A stretch of 36,619 bases of DNA from an uncultured Gammaproteobacteria bacterium (GTDB lineage: Bacteria > Patescibacteriota > Microgenomatia > UBA12405 > JAHJSD01), in assembly GCA_964505765.1 (NCBI GenBank), contig CAZDJQ010000002.1, positions 1-36,619 of the forward strand. The letters run 5' to 3'. The translations under genes and the position numbers were made by a program. This document shows positions 9,510 to 18,948 of this stretch, piece after piece. How positions within the stretch are numbered: position 1 is the first letter of the stretch; the number at the start of each line of letters is the position of its first letter. The notes below the pieces were generated by a model. The model saw nothing but the letters and a program-made list of their open reading frames with translations, did no database searches and was not told the origin of the DNA.

Positions 9510-10289
9510 TTAAGCCCATCGAGTTATTAAAATCAAAGCAACCGAAATTCCGATTCCTACCCAAATAAATTCACGAACTGTCTGCTTGAATAATTTGTCA
9601 TGCGCCTTTGCTTGAGCTAAACCGCCAAAAACATAAAACAAGCTGGCCAGGTATAAAGCAGTTTCGGCCGTATTTGCCGGCCAAAATGAGATTACAAGTC
9701 CAACTTCTGCCAATATAATAGAAAAAACTAGCGTAGATAGCCAGTATCTTTCTTGACCGGACGGAGACAAATTTATAAACCAAAAAAAGTGGAAAATCAG
9801 GGGCAAGCTTGTAATAAGGATAAATAGAGCGTTGAACCACGGCCCCATTCGAAACGAAAAAACCACATCATAGGCTAGAAAAGCAATAACCAGCGTGATT
9901 AAAAATCCAACCGTAACTGCCGCTCGGTAAAGCGGGACTGTTTTGTGGGTGGAAGTAACCAAAAAAACATTTTCCAATAAGAATAAGGAATACAATCCAA
10001 CAATAAACAACACCATTATCCCTATTTGCCAAAAGATATTATGACAAAACAAAAACCTAAAAACGCTGAGAACCGCAAAGAAATAAGCTGGAAAAAAACT
10101 GGCAATCAGCAAATCTTTTACTTGCTTGCTGGTCTGACGCGATATAAAAAAGAAAAAAACCGCCAACAGTAGTGAAAGCACGGCAATACTAAAATATCGC
10201 CAGTCATAAGGAACAAAACCAGCTAAGAAAAACAAAACGCTAAACCCGATGGTCCCGATAACAAACTGCAGTCGTTTATCCATTTTCAA
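9510..10289 (-). CDS. polytopic membrane protein, function unknown
   Basis: 259-aa ORF, highly hydrophobic with about 7-8 predicted TM segments. It lies directly downstream of yebC with a 1-nt gap. Confidence 0.7.
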   Translation of the reverse strand: MKMDKRLQFVIGTIGFSVLFFLAGFVPYDWRYFSIAVLSLLLAVFFFFISRQTSKQVKDLLIASFFPAYFFAVLSVFRFLFCHNIFWQIGIMVLFIVGLYSLFLLENVFLVTSTHKTVPLYRAAVTVGFLITLVIAFLAYDVVFSFRMGPWFNALFILITSLPLIFHFFWFINLSPSGQERYWLSTLVFSIILAEVGLVISFWPANTAETALYLASLFYVFGGLAQAKAHDKLFKQTVREFIWVGIGISVALILITRWA

Positions 10290-10290
10290 A

Positions 10291-11004
10291 CTAATTTTTC
10301 AAATTTGTAAAAACTCCTTTAACATCAATTCTCTCTTCTAATCTAGCTATTAACTTTTCCAAACTGCTTTTCGCCTCACTGCTGTCAACTTTCCGTTTAG
10401 TCTTTGGCTGCCAAAACAAACCGCTCTCTATTATATCCAACCCCTGATCGCTGATCTGTTTAATAATCTCATTCAAACTGTCCGCCAAAACTGTTAATAG
10501 CACCCTGTCTCCTTGTTGTTCAAAATTTAATATACCACTGATATCCAATATAGAAAGAATCTTCTCTTCACCAGGCTTATCAGCCACAATTTTCCCTAAC
10601 TTTTCAAATTGATAGCCAACGGCACCCGGCTCAGCTAATGAACCGTCAAAACGATCAATTAAACTTTTTATTTCTTGAACCGTGCGCTGTCGATTATCAG
10701 TATAAGTGCGAATTAAGATCGCTATTCCTCCCGGGCCATAGGCTTCAAGAAAAATCTCTTCTGCTTTTTCCAAGCTTTTAGAAGCATTTTCTATTGCCCG
10801 TTTAATATTCTCTTTAGGCATATTTTGATCTTTTGCCCGTTCAATTGCCTGGCGAAGCCTGACATTAACCATTGGGTCATCAGAACCGCCCTCTTGGACC
10901 GCGGTGGTGATTAATTTCGATAACTTCCCGAATACCTTGGCTTTCTTACTATCCTCAACCTTCTTTTGGCGTTTTATATTTTCCCATTTTGAGTGTCCAG
11001 ACAT
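10291..11004 (-). CDS. yebC: YebC/PmpR-family transcriptional regulator
   Basis: The 237-aa protein starts MSGHSKWENIKRQK, the canonical YebC N-terminus, and similarity is collinear throughout. Confidence 0.92.
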   Translation of the reverse strand: MSGHSKWENIKRQKKVEDSKKAKVFGKLSKLITTAVQEGGSDDPMVNVRLRQAIERAKDQNMPKENIKRAIENASKSLEKAEEIFLEAYGPGGIAILIRTYTDNRQRTVQEIKSLIDRFDGSLAEPGAVGYQFEKLGKIVADKPGEEKILSILDISGILNFEQQGDRVLLTVLADSLNEIIKQISDQGLDIIESGLFWQPKTKRKVDSSEAKSSLEKLIARLEERIDVKGVFTNLKN

Positions 11005-11006
11005 AA

Positions 11007-11909
11007 CTATATTTTAACACTTCTAATAAAAAATTGGATGTCAGCCAATCCATCCGGTTCTTCAAGTAAAAACTCACAATCAAAAATTTTTCTTAACCGG
11101 TGAACAGTAAAACTTGATTCATTTTCTTCCGCAGTAACAATCAAACAACCTGCTTCCAATTCTCTGTCCCGGTCGCCTATCTCCACTACTCTAATTCCCA
11201 TTTGCTGGATAATATTGGTCGTTTGGCCGGCCAAATCTTGTTTCTTTCCAATATTAAACACACTGACTGACAATTCTTCGCGTCGCACAATAGAATCAGT
11301 AAATGCTCCCCTGATTTCGGCCCAAAACAAATCTTCGTTTAAGTCATAAAAATCGCGGCCATCCGGGAACTTTTTCTTTTCAGACCAATCGGCTATGTTA
11401 TATTCCTGCCAAACTAAATCCCGTTGCTTTAGGAAAAGCCATAACCGCCAGTCCTCTACTCCCCACCAGGGCCGAAAATAGCCGGGAATCAACTGCGACC
11501 ATGTTTTTTCAGTTTTTATTAAATTAGTTCCAATCCTTTCGCTGTCTATCGGAATTCCAAGTGAATAGCTTAAACTCCGCCGAAACACTGCCCGGGATTT
11601 CTCCTGTTCGGATAATAAGGCCAGTTTTTCAGCTAAATACTGGCCGAACCAGGGTGTTTCTATCTGCGTTTCTCCCGGAACTTCAATTACCGTAGCTAAT
11701 TTTTTGGCCGGGATTAAAGAAAGAATTAAAATATCTTTTTCACTAGTTTCCAAAGCCAAACTGTAAGCGGATTTTCCATTCCAAAGCAATTGGGTTTTCG
11801 ACACCCAAAGAAACCATGTTTTTTTTCCTATCCACCCAAAGATAAATAACACCGCCAAAATAAAAACAAATTTTAGGTAATTTAATTTTTTAGTTTTTCT
11901 TTTTCTCAT
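11007..11909 (-). CDS. membrane-anchored hypothetical protein (weak LytR_C-like C-terminus)
   Basis: 300-aa ORF with an N-terminal TM helix. The C-terminal segment VSVFNIGKKQDLAGQ...IRVVEIGD resembles LytR_C. The functional call is weak. Confidence 0.6.
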   Translation of the reverse strand: MRKRKTKKLNYLKFVFILAVLFIFGWIGKKTWFLWVSKTQLLWNGKSAYSLALETSEKDILILSLIPAKKLATVIEVPGETQIETPWFGQYLAEKLALLSEQEKSRAVFRRSLSYSLGIPIDSERIGTNLIKTEKTWSQLIPGYFRPWWGVEDWRLWLFLKQRDLVWQEYNIADWSEKKKFPDGRDFYDLNEDLFWAEIRGAFTDSIVRREELSVSVFNIGKKQDLAGQTTNIIQQMGIRVVEIGDRDRELEAGCLIVTAEENESSFTVHRLRKIFDCEFLLEEPDGLADIQFFIRSVKI

Positions 11910-12615
11910 TTGCCTGATTTAAAATTAGATTAAGCGGATCTGGCAATTCAATCTTAAAATTCATTTTATCAGCTGACACTGGATGCCGAAACCCGATTTC
12001 TTTAGCAACCAAAAACATCACTTCTTCCTTTTTACCATATATCGGGTCGCCAAATACCGGATGACCCAGATATTTAAAATGCACTCGGATTTGATGAGTT
12101 CGGCCGGTTCGTAGTTTTACCCTAACTAAACTATAGATATCACCCTTATAACGATAATGGTCTTTAACTTGAAAAAGAGTATGAGCCGGTCTCCCGCCGG
12201 GAACAACATCAAATTGCGTCCCATCCTTAGCAGAACGACCAATTGGAGCTAGTATTTCTCCTTCCCCTTTTAATTCCCCGCTTATTAATGCCCAATATAT
12301 CTTTCTTACTTTTCTATTTTTAAACTGAGCCTGCAAATTTTTATATGCCGGATTCGTTTTCGCAACCAACAGTAACCCCCAAGTGTCTTTATCCAACCGG
12401 TGGACAATGCCTGAGCGTCGGCGTGCAGCAGTATTTTTTTCTAACTGCCGACTGTCATTCAACCAATTTTGAATTGTCGGTCCAGACCAAGAAGCAACGT
12501 TTAAAGTAACCCATCCTGCCGGCTTATTAATAATTAAAACAGATTTGTCCTGGAAAACAATTCGTGGTTTAAAATAATCTTTATTTATCTTTTTGCTTCT
12601 CGCGGCATTTAACAC
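11890..12615 (-). CDS. RluA-family pseudouridine synthase (no S4 domain)
   Basis: 241 aa with the HRLDKDTWGLLLVAK catalytic Asp motif and a GRTHQIRVH motif. Confidence 0.88.
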   Translation of the reverse strand: MLNAARSKKINKDYFKPRIVFQDKSVLIINKPAGWVTLNVASWSGPTIQNWLNDSRQLEKNTAARRRSGIVHRLDKDTWGLLLVAKTNPAYKNLQAQFKNRKVRKIYWALISGELKGEGEILAPIGRSAKDGTQFDVVPGGRPAHTLFQVKDHYRYKGDIYSLVRVKLRTGRTHQIRVHFKYLGHPVFGDPIYGKKEEVMFLVAKEIGFRHPVSADKMNFKIELPDPLNLILNQANEKKKN

Positions 12616-12976
12616 AGACAGTAGTTTCAGGGTGAACCATCAAGCGTTTAGTATTAATGAAATTATCACAATCTTCGCAAATGCCATATTTACCGATTTT
12701 AATCCGGGTCAATGCTTTTCTGATTTGAATAATTCTTTTAGTCAGCTGATGAGAAACTGCTCTTGCCCGAGCATGACCAAACTGTTCATCGACTTCAATG
12801 TCTAAAGCGGCATTATCATCAACTCGATCCTCATTGGCAAAAGGATCCTCCTCTTCTACAACTTCTTGTCTTTTTTGCAATTTATCCAGTTCTCCGGTTA
12901 AAAAATCCCGAACTGGTTCCAAAACGTCCTGTGGAATCTTAAACCCGGTATTATCTTGCTTGTTACCATTTGTCAT
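12581..12976 (-). CDS. DksA/TraR-family C4 zinc-finger protein
   Basis: 131 aa with a coiled-coil region followed by CEDCDNFI...CVKC. Confidence 0.8.
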   Translation of the reverse strand: MTNGNKQDNTGFKIPQDVLEPVRDFLTGELDKLQKRQEVVEEEDPFANEDRVDDNAALDIEVDEQFGHARARAVSHQLTKRIIQIRKALTRIKIGKYGICEDCDNFINTKRLMVHPETTVCVKCREKQKDK

Positions 12977-13000
12977 TGCTATCCTTTCTAAAAATAAAAA

Positions 13001-13576
13001 TTAAGTTTCAATTTTTTGGCCGGCTCTAAAAATAATCCCGGCAATGCTTAACCAAAAAACTACTACCCAGCTTGCTAATTCTATCAACCGGTTCTGCCAA
13101 AAATCAAGTGCAATCTGAATTATTCCTAACTGAACCAAACAAATCAAAAATAAGAAACCAATTTTCCCGCTAGGATACCAAGAAAATCTTCGATAATTTT
13201 GCCAATAAAAAAGAGATAACAACGTCAATGCAACTGCACCCATTTGATACCAATCCCCAAAAGAAACCATTAACCAGGTAATTAAGCCGGGAACAATCAA
13301 TGCCTCCATCACCGCCCAAAACCGCCAATTGCTGACCTGAAAAAAAAGATAAACTACTAAAATCAAGCTTAGAGTAATTACTAAAAAAGATAATTTAAAA
13401 CTGGTTAGTGAGACTAAATAGTTTAAAAGACCAGATAAAACAAGAAAAAGTAAACTCATTTTAACCACTTCCTGCTCCGGATAATCGGCTTTTAAACGCC
13501 GAAATGCTGCAAACAAAAAGTAAAAAACTGCAATTGGAATTAAAATAGTTTGAATTGTTGGTATGATTTCTGTCAC
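13001..13576 (-). CDS. membrane protein, function unknown
   Basis: 191-aa hydrophobic ORF with about 6 TM segments. Confidence 0.65.
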   Translation of the reverse strand: MTEIIPTIQTILIPIAVFYFLFAAFRRLKADYPEQEVVKMSLLFLVLSGLLNYLVSLTSFKLSFLVITLSLILVVYLFFQVSNWRFWAVMEALIVPGLITWLMVSFGDWYQMGAVALTLLSLFYWQNYRRFSWYPSGKIGFLFLICLVQLGIIQIALDFWQNRLIELASWVVVFWLSIAGIIFRAGQKIET

Positions 13577-13668
13577 AGAATTATCTTACCATAATCTTAA
13601 ATAAACCGCAGATCGTGCCCAGTGGATTGTGGATATTAAAGGGAAAATATTATATACTAATTGTTAAA

Positions 13669-13756
13669 GCCGCGGTGCTGGAATTGGCAGACAGGCTGGT
13701 CTCAAAAACCAGTGGTGTTTTACACCGTGACGGTTCAAATCCGTCCCGCGGCACCA
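13669..13756 (+). tRNA. tRNA-Leu (anticodon CAA), type II with long variable arm, encoded CCA
   Basis: Hand-folded cloverleaf: acceptor GCCGCGG/CCGCGGC, anticodon stem CTGGT/ACCAG with loop CTCAAAA, variable arm GGTGT-TTT-ACACC, T arm GACGG-TTCAAAT-CCGTC, discriminator A and CCA at 13754-13756. Confidence 0.92.
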
Positions 13757-13769
13757 GCAATAATTTTAA

Positions 13770-15092
13770 TTATTCTGAAACGCCAAAAAAGCTAATCTTC
13801 TGCGGATTAAAGTAAAATTCAAAACCACCCACCGGACCATTACGATGCTTGGCAATTTCACAATTAACCAACTCTCTGTTTTCTTCATCTTCCCGAAACA
13901 AAAAAGCAACTACATCGGCATCTTGTTCTATACTGCCGCTTTCTCTTAAGTCTGCTAGTTTCGGCCGAGACCCGCCGCGTTTTTCAACCGCTCGTGACAG
14001 CTGAGATAAAGATAAAACCGGCACTTTCATTTCTCTTGCTAAGTTTTTAAGACCTTGAGAAATATCAGATACCTCTTGCACTCGGCTGTCCCAACGCCGA
14101 GAAGGCCGCATCAACTGCAAATAATCAACAATTACTAATTTTAAATCCTGTTCAATCTGCAGCCGTCTTGCTTTAGTCCTCATCTCCATCATTGACATTG
14201 CCGGAGTATCATCAATAAAAAGTGGGGCTTCTGCTAATTCTCCCATTGCTTCTGACAAGCGTGACAAATCTCCGTCTTCCAAACGGCCAGTTTTCATTTT
14301 CCAGGAATCAATATTCGCCTGTCTAACCAACAACCGGTCGACTAATTCCTCTTTACTCATCTCCAGGGAGAAAAAACAAACCGGCAGATTATCTTCAACC
14401 GCCGCGTTCCGAGCAATATTTAAGGCTAAAGCTGTTTTCCCTACCCCGGGACGGGCAGCTAAAATAATTAAATTACTCGCCTGAAATCCAGCTAAATAAT
14501 CATCCAAATCTTTAAAACCACTGGAAACCCCCCGTAAACCGTCAGATTTTTTTTGTAATTCATCTAAACGATCGAAACTTTCAGCTAATGCTTCCCTTAA
14601 TGAGGTCGGCTTGTTTTGTAAATGCCCCTGGCTTAATTGAAAAACTTTACTTTCAGCAAGGTTCAAAATATCACTGACTTCTTCACCTTCATCAAATGCC
14701 GCTTGACTAATTTGATTTGCCGCCGAAATTAATCGCCTTTTCGTATATAAATCTTTAACTATCTGGGCGTAAGACAAAACATGAGCTGAAGTTGGAACAG
14801 AATTTGCCAACTCTGTTAAATAGGCCCGACCGCCGATTTTCTTCAACGCCTTTTTTTTCTTCAACCGCTCAGCCATGGTTATTAAATCAATCGGAACCCG
14901 CTCCTCAAATAATTCAAGCGCCGCTTCAAAAATCTCAGAATGGCCAGTTTCATAAAAATATTCTGGAAAAATAATATCGGCGATATCAACAATCGCATCT
15001 TTATCAATCAAGACCGCACCAAGCACAGAAACCTCGGCTTCTTTTGAATGGGGCGGGACTTTTAAACGCTGTGCAGAATTTCGCTGAGACAT
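13770..15092 (-). CDS. dnaB: replicative DNA helicase DnaB
   Basis: 440 aa with PPHSKEAEVSVLGAVL at the N-terminus, Walker A GARPGVGKT and collinear RecA-like motifs. Confidence 0.95.
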   Translation of the reverse strand: MSQRNSAQRLKVPPHSKEAEVSVLGAVLIDKDAIVDIADIIFPEYFYETGHSEIFEAALELFEERVPIDLITMAERLKKKKALKKIGGRAYLTELANSVPTSAHVLSYAQIVKDLYTKRRLISAANQISQAAFDEGEEVSDILNLAESKVFQLSQGHLQNKPTSLREALAESFDRLDELQKKSDGLRGVSSGFKDLDDYLAGFQASNLIILAARPGVGKTALALNIARNAAVEDNLPVCFFSLEMSKEELVDRLLVRQANIDSWKMKTGRLEDGDLSRLSEAMGELAEAPLFIDDTPAMSMMEMRTKARRLQIEQDLKLVIVDYLQLMRPSRRWDSRVQEVSDISQGLKNLAREMKVPVLSLSQLSRAVEKRGGSRPKLADLRESGSIEQDADVVAFLFREDEENRELVNCEIAKHRNGPVGGFEFYFNPQKISFFGVSE

Positions 15093-15093
15093 A

Positions 15094-15675
15094 TTATTCG
15101 GTTAGAATGTGTATTTCCGTAGCTTCTTCATTAACATCGCTACGTTTTAACTTTAGTTTTTCACTCGCTTCTAAATCTTCTCTGTCCATCGCATCCAAAA
15201 AACTTATCGGCCACTTTTCCCCCAATTCTTGGTAATCATCCCAATTAATACCCGGGACTACTATATATGGTGAAATTCGTTTTATTAATTCCGATGCTTC
15301 TTTTCCTCTTTTCTCATCTTTATTTAAGGTCAGAAAAATCACATCGACTTGACCTAATTTTTGTATTTTCTTCTTATCCGGCATCTGCCAATTATCCATT
15401 GCCCAAACAACCCGCCAACTATCAAAAACAAACAACCAATATTTATCGCCTAAATTTTCCATCTCCACTCCGCCAACTTCAAATTCTCCCGGCCCGGGGG
15501 TCCAAAATGACTGCTTTCTTTTCACCGGCTCCACGTTTTTCTTGTTAATTTCTTCATCACGATCAGGGACAATGATATCTGCTTTTGCCTTACTTTTGGG
15601 ATTCCCTATTAATATAAACGCTTCCCCTTCCCTCATCCGAAAACAGTTGCCGCCGAGATATTTTACAATCAACAT
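15094..15675 (-). CDS. hypothetical protein (metallo-beta-lactamase-fold-like N-terminus without the His motif)
   Basis: 193-aa ORF whose stop lies 1 nt upstream of the dnaB start. Only a weak by-eye resemblance supports the fold call. Confidence 0.6.
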   Translation of the reverse strand: MLIVKYLGGNCFRMREGEAFILIGNPKSKAKADIIVPDRDEEINKKNVEPVKRKQSFWTPGPGEFEVGGVEMENLGDKYWLFVFDSWRVVWAMDNWQMPDKKKIQKLGQVDVIFLTLNKDEKRGKEASELIKRISPYIVVPGINWDDYQELGEKWPISFLDAMDREDLEASEKLKLKRSDVNEEATEIHILTE

Positions 15676-15761
15676 TACCTTTTAATAATAACACCCGATC
15701 TTAATTAAGACAAGAAACTCATCATTGACAGGAGTGAAGTAAATTTTATATCATATGACTA

Positions 15762-16208
15762 ATGAAAAAGGAGCTTATTTTGGCAATCGTAATCGGGTTA
15801 GCAATTGGTTTTGGACTGGCGGCAGTTTTTTGGTCAAGAACACAATCTTCAATTAATCTTAGTTTGTTAAACCGCCAAGAAGGACAAACTCCAACTTCTC
15901 CATCCCCGGCCCCCGAAACTACAAACGACAAAACCCAGGAAATTGCGCTAAAAATCACTGAACCGGAAAATGAAATTGTTCACACCGAAGAAGAATTAAC
16001 TATTATTGGCGAAACCGGAATTAATGCTACTGTGGTTATAATCTGGGAAGAAGGAGAAGATATTTTAGTGGCCGACGAGAACGGAGAGTTTCAAAGTGAA
16101 ATAACTCTAGTCGGCGGGGAAAACAGAATTGACATTACCGCCTACGCCGATGACGGAACCGAAAATAGCCAAACATTAACAATTACCTATTCCACCGCTG
16201 AATTTTAA
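15762..16208 (+). CDS. exported or membrane-anchored protein with an Ig-like beta domain, function unknown
   Basis: 148 aa with an N-terminal TM or signal segment, a Pro/Thr linker and then a beta-rich domain. Confidence 0.65.
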   Translation: MKKELILAIVIGLAIGFGLAAVFWSRTQSSINLSLLNRQEGQTPTSPSPAPETTNDKTQEIALKITEPENEIVHTEEELTIIGETGINATVVIIWEEGEDILVADENGEFQSEITLVGGENRIDITAYADDGTENSQTLTITYSTAEF

Positions 16209-16216
16209 ACCCTTAA

Positions 16217-16918
16217 ATGAAAAAAATAATTATTTTGTCAACCATTATTCTATTTAGCAGCTTTGTTATAAAACTACAAATTAGGGCTCAAACTGAACCC
16301 AGCCCGACGCCTGATGAGAAAGTCCAGGGAATTAGGGACAAAGTCCAGGAGCAAGTTCAAGAACAGCTGGAAAACATAATCACCGACGATCAAAAAAGAA
16401 GTTGGAACGGAACTGTTAGTTCGCTTACTGAAACCGAATTTGAAATAGATTCCTCAAACCAAACCAGGACAATAACAATAAACGAGGATACAAAAATTAT
16501 CAACCAAGCCCGGGAAGCAGTGTCTTTTCAAGAATTAGAAGAAGACCAATATATTTTAGCAATGGGTTATGAAAGAGTCGACGAATCATTAAATGCCAAG
16601 CGAATCGTAATCACTGAACCTTATCAACCAAGAAAAAAAATATCTGTTCACGGCACTGTGGTCAATAAAGCCAGCAATGAAAAAATCATTTTAATTCAAA
16701 ACCAAGAACAAGAATACGAATTGATCTTAGACTCAAATACCGAAATTAATCAAAAAACAGATTCTGATACGGAAAAACTGGAATATGAAGACTTGCCGAC
16801 AGATCAAGAAGTTATTGCTGTGATTGAACCGGCGGACGGAGAAACCGCCAGCTATACTGCCATAGAAATTCTAGCTCTTACTTTAACTGAATCCCCTACT
16901 CCAACACCAACCGAATAA
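16217..16918 (+). CDS. exported hypothetical protein
   Basis: 233 aa with a signal peptide-like N-terminus, acidic repeats and a PTPTPT tail. Confidence 0.65.
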   Translation: MKKIIILSTIILFSSFVIKLQIRAQTEPSPTPDEKVQGIRDKVQEQVQEQLENIITDDQKRSWNGTVSSLTETEFEIDSSNQTRTITINEDTKIINQAREAVSFQELEEDQYILAMGYERVDESLNAKRIVITEPYQPRKKISVHGTVVNKASNEKIILIQNQEQEYELILDSNTEINQKTDSDTEKLEYEDLPTDQEVIAVIEPADGETASYTAIEILALTLTESPTPTPTE

Positions 16919-16942
16919 AAAACATTGTGCTAAAATAAACTT

Positions 16943-18181
16943 ATGACAAAAAAACTAAAACCGATCAAGGGGTTTAGAGATTTTTACCCTGAAGACTGGG
17001 CATTCCAAAACTGGCTAAAAAATACTTGGCTTAGGCTGGGAAAATCTTTTGGCTATCAAGAATACGAAGGCCCCTTATTGGAACCGATTGAACTTTATCT
17101 CTCTAAAACCAGCGAAGAGATTGTTCAAAAACAAACATTTAAGTTTTCAAAAAAGGGGAAAAAATATGTTTTACGGCCGGAATTAACTCCGACTCTCGCC
17201 CGGATGGTAGCGCAAAAACAATTTAAATTGAAGTTGCCGGCAAAATGGCAGTCTTACGGACAATTTTTCCGATATGAACAACCTCAGAAAGGCCGCGGCC
17301 GGTCCTTTTTCCAATGGAATATAGACTTATTAGGCTTAGAAAACAGCGAGGCCGATAGTGAAATCGTCGCTTTAGCCTGCTTATCACTTAAAAACCTGGG
17401 GCTTACGCCTGACGAGGTAGTAATCAAGCTAAATGACCGCCGCGAGTTGCAAAAGCAGAAAATTTCCAAAGATTTATTCCCCTACATTGACAAATTAACT
17501 AAAATGAATTTTAAAAAATGGCAGACCTGGCTGAAAGATGAAGGCGTCTCAACAAAAAAAATAAGGAAAATGGTCGAGTTTTTAAAGTCTGAAAATAATA
17601 ATTATTCCGATTATTTAAATAAAATTATAAAGAGCCTGGAAAAATACGGACTGGCCGATTATGTTAGGGTTGATAAAAGTCTGGTTCGCGGTTTGGATTA
17701 CTACACCGGAATTGTTTTTGAAGCTTGGAGTATAAATTCCTCATTAAACCGGGCTCTTTTTGGCGGCGGCCGATATGACAGCCTAACTCAGCAGGTGGGC
17801 GGGAAAAAACAAATTCCCGGCGTTGGATTTGCTGTCGGCGACCTGCCAATTTATGAACTACTCAAAGAAAAAGACAAACTCCCGGTTTTGGATTCCAACC
17901 CGACCCGGGTTTTAGTCACAGTCTTTTCTCCGGAAACGCAGGCCCAGGCTTTTAAAACTGCTCAGCAGCTGCGGCAAGCAGAAATCAATACGGAATTATA
18001 TCTTAAGCCTAATGACAACTTAGGAGACCAATTAGACTATGCTAATGATAAAAATATTCCCTACTCCATCATCCTCGGCCCGGAAGAAATTGAAAAAAAA
18101 GTCATCACTCTAAAAAACATGGAATCCGGAGAACAAGAAAAACTTTCTTTAAAACAAACAATAAAAAAACTATCTTCATAA
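16943..18181 (+). CDS. hisS: histidyl-tRNA synthetase
   Basis: 412 aa with KGFRDFYPED, LRPELTPTLARMV, GGGRYD and a C-terminal anticodon-binding domain. Confidence 0.93.
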   Translation: MTKKLKPIKGFRDFYPEDWAFQNWLKNTWLRLGKSFGYQEYEGPLLEPIELYLSKTSEEIVQKQTFKFSKKGKKYVLRPELTPTLARMVAQKQFKLKLPAKWQSYGQFFRYEQPQKGRGRSFFQWNIDLLGLENSEADSEIVALACLSLKNLGLTPDEVVIKLNDRRELQKQKISKDLFPYIDKLTKMNFKKWQTWLKDEGVSTKKIRKMVEFLKSENNNYSDYLNKIIKSLEKYGLADYVRVDKSLVRGLDYYTGIVFEAWSINSSLNRALFGGGRYDSLTQQVGGKKQIPGVGFAVGDLPIYELLKEKDKLPVLDSNPTRVLVTVFSPETQAQAFKTAQQLRQAEINTELYLKPNDNLGDQLDYANDKNIPYSIILGPEEIEKKVITLKNMESGEQEKLSLKQTIKKLSS

Positions 18182-18211
18182 ATTTATCTCCACGATCGTT
18201 GAGATAAATTT
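18180..18211. repeat. left copy of a 32-nt near-palindrome (hisS/prfA terminator) with ACGATCGT apex
   Basis: AAATTTATCTCCACGATCGTTGAGATAAATTT matches 18917-18948 at 30 of 32 positions and overlaps the hisS stop codon. Confidence 0.85.
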
Positions 18212-18246
18212 GACAAACTAATCTTCCTCAGTTAGAAATATAATAG

Positions 18247-18924
18247 ATGAAAAAAAGAGAATCAAAACTTTTAAAGACTCTCAGATTAGCTGACGATCTT
18301 ATGTTACTTTTTTATGATTATTTTGATCGAGACATTAGAAAACTACCAGACTTGGAAGATTTTCTTTATGCTGGCGTTGAATCCACCTCCTCTTACTTCA
18401 TTAAAAAGGGTATTCTCAATCCGGATTTAACATTTAGGGAAAGTCCCCAATCTGTTCTAAGGCTAATAAAAAAGCCATGGGATAAAAAATGGCGTTTTGT
18501 CGTTTTTGATATTCCTCAAGAAAATCGGACTATAAGAGATATAATCCGCCGTCGACTAAAAGAGTGGGGTTTTAAATTTTTCCAACGCTCCATTTGGTTT
18601 TCTCCCCTCCCTTTAACTAATAAAGTAAAACAACTAGATAAACATATTGATGACACGGATTATCTAACTATTATTGAAGGAACAATATTCCGTTGTAATC
18701 CGCAAAAACTTGTTGAAGAAAAATGGGAAATTAACAATTGGAAAACTAAAGCTCAAAATTGGTGTTCACAAATAAAAAACAAAAATAAGTTAACTAAAGA
18801 ATCACAAATTAAATTTTGGAATCTAATTGAATCCCATCCAAAAGTTCCTTTAGACCTTCTCCCACCTAATTGGCCACTTAAAAAAACATTTGAATTCTTT
18901 GCTAATAAAAAATTCAAAATTTAA
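18247..18924 (+). CDS. PaaX-like protein (Cas2-fold middle domain plus PaaX_C-like tail), paralog 2
   Basis: 225 aa. WDKKWRFVVFDIPQENRTIRDIIRRRLKEWGFKFFQRSIWFSP and HPKVPLDLLPPNWPLK align with the 6875-7540 protein. The flanking DNA of the two loci is not similar. Confidence 0.7.
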   Translation: MKKRESKLLKTLRLADDLMLLFYDYFDRDIRKLPDLEDFLYAGVESTSSYFIKKGILNPDLTFRESPQSVLRLIKKPWDKKWRFVVFDIPQENRTIRDIIRRRLKEWGFKFFQRSIWFSPLPLTNKVKQLDKHIDDTDYLTIIEGTIFRCNPQKLVEEKWEINNWKTKAQNWCSQIKNKNKLTKESQIKFWNLIESHPKVPLDLLPPNWPLKKTFEFFANKKFKI

Positions 18925-18948
18925 CTCCACGATCGTTGAGGTAAATTT
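18917..18948. repeat. right copy of the 32-nt near-palindrome
   Basis: AAATTTAACTCCACGATCGTTGAGGTAAATTT contains the paralog-2 stop codon (18922-18924) and ends on the first base of the prfA stop codon. Confidence 0.85.

Larger units (their letters stand above)
18212..18948 (+). mobile_element. putative inserted single-gene cassette (PaaX-like paralog 2 plus second palindrome copy)
   Basis: Same architecture as 6852-7581: a solo plus-strand gene between convergent hisS and prfA, bracketed by duplicated terminator palindromes. The repeat period is 737 bp, against 730 bp at the first locus. Confidence 0.3.

Noticed and set aside
13615-13815. 66-aa plus-strand ORF.
   Set aside because: It is read straight through the tRNA-Leu(CAA) gene (13669-13756) and into the dnaB 3' end, so it is an artefact.
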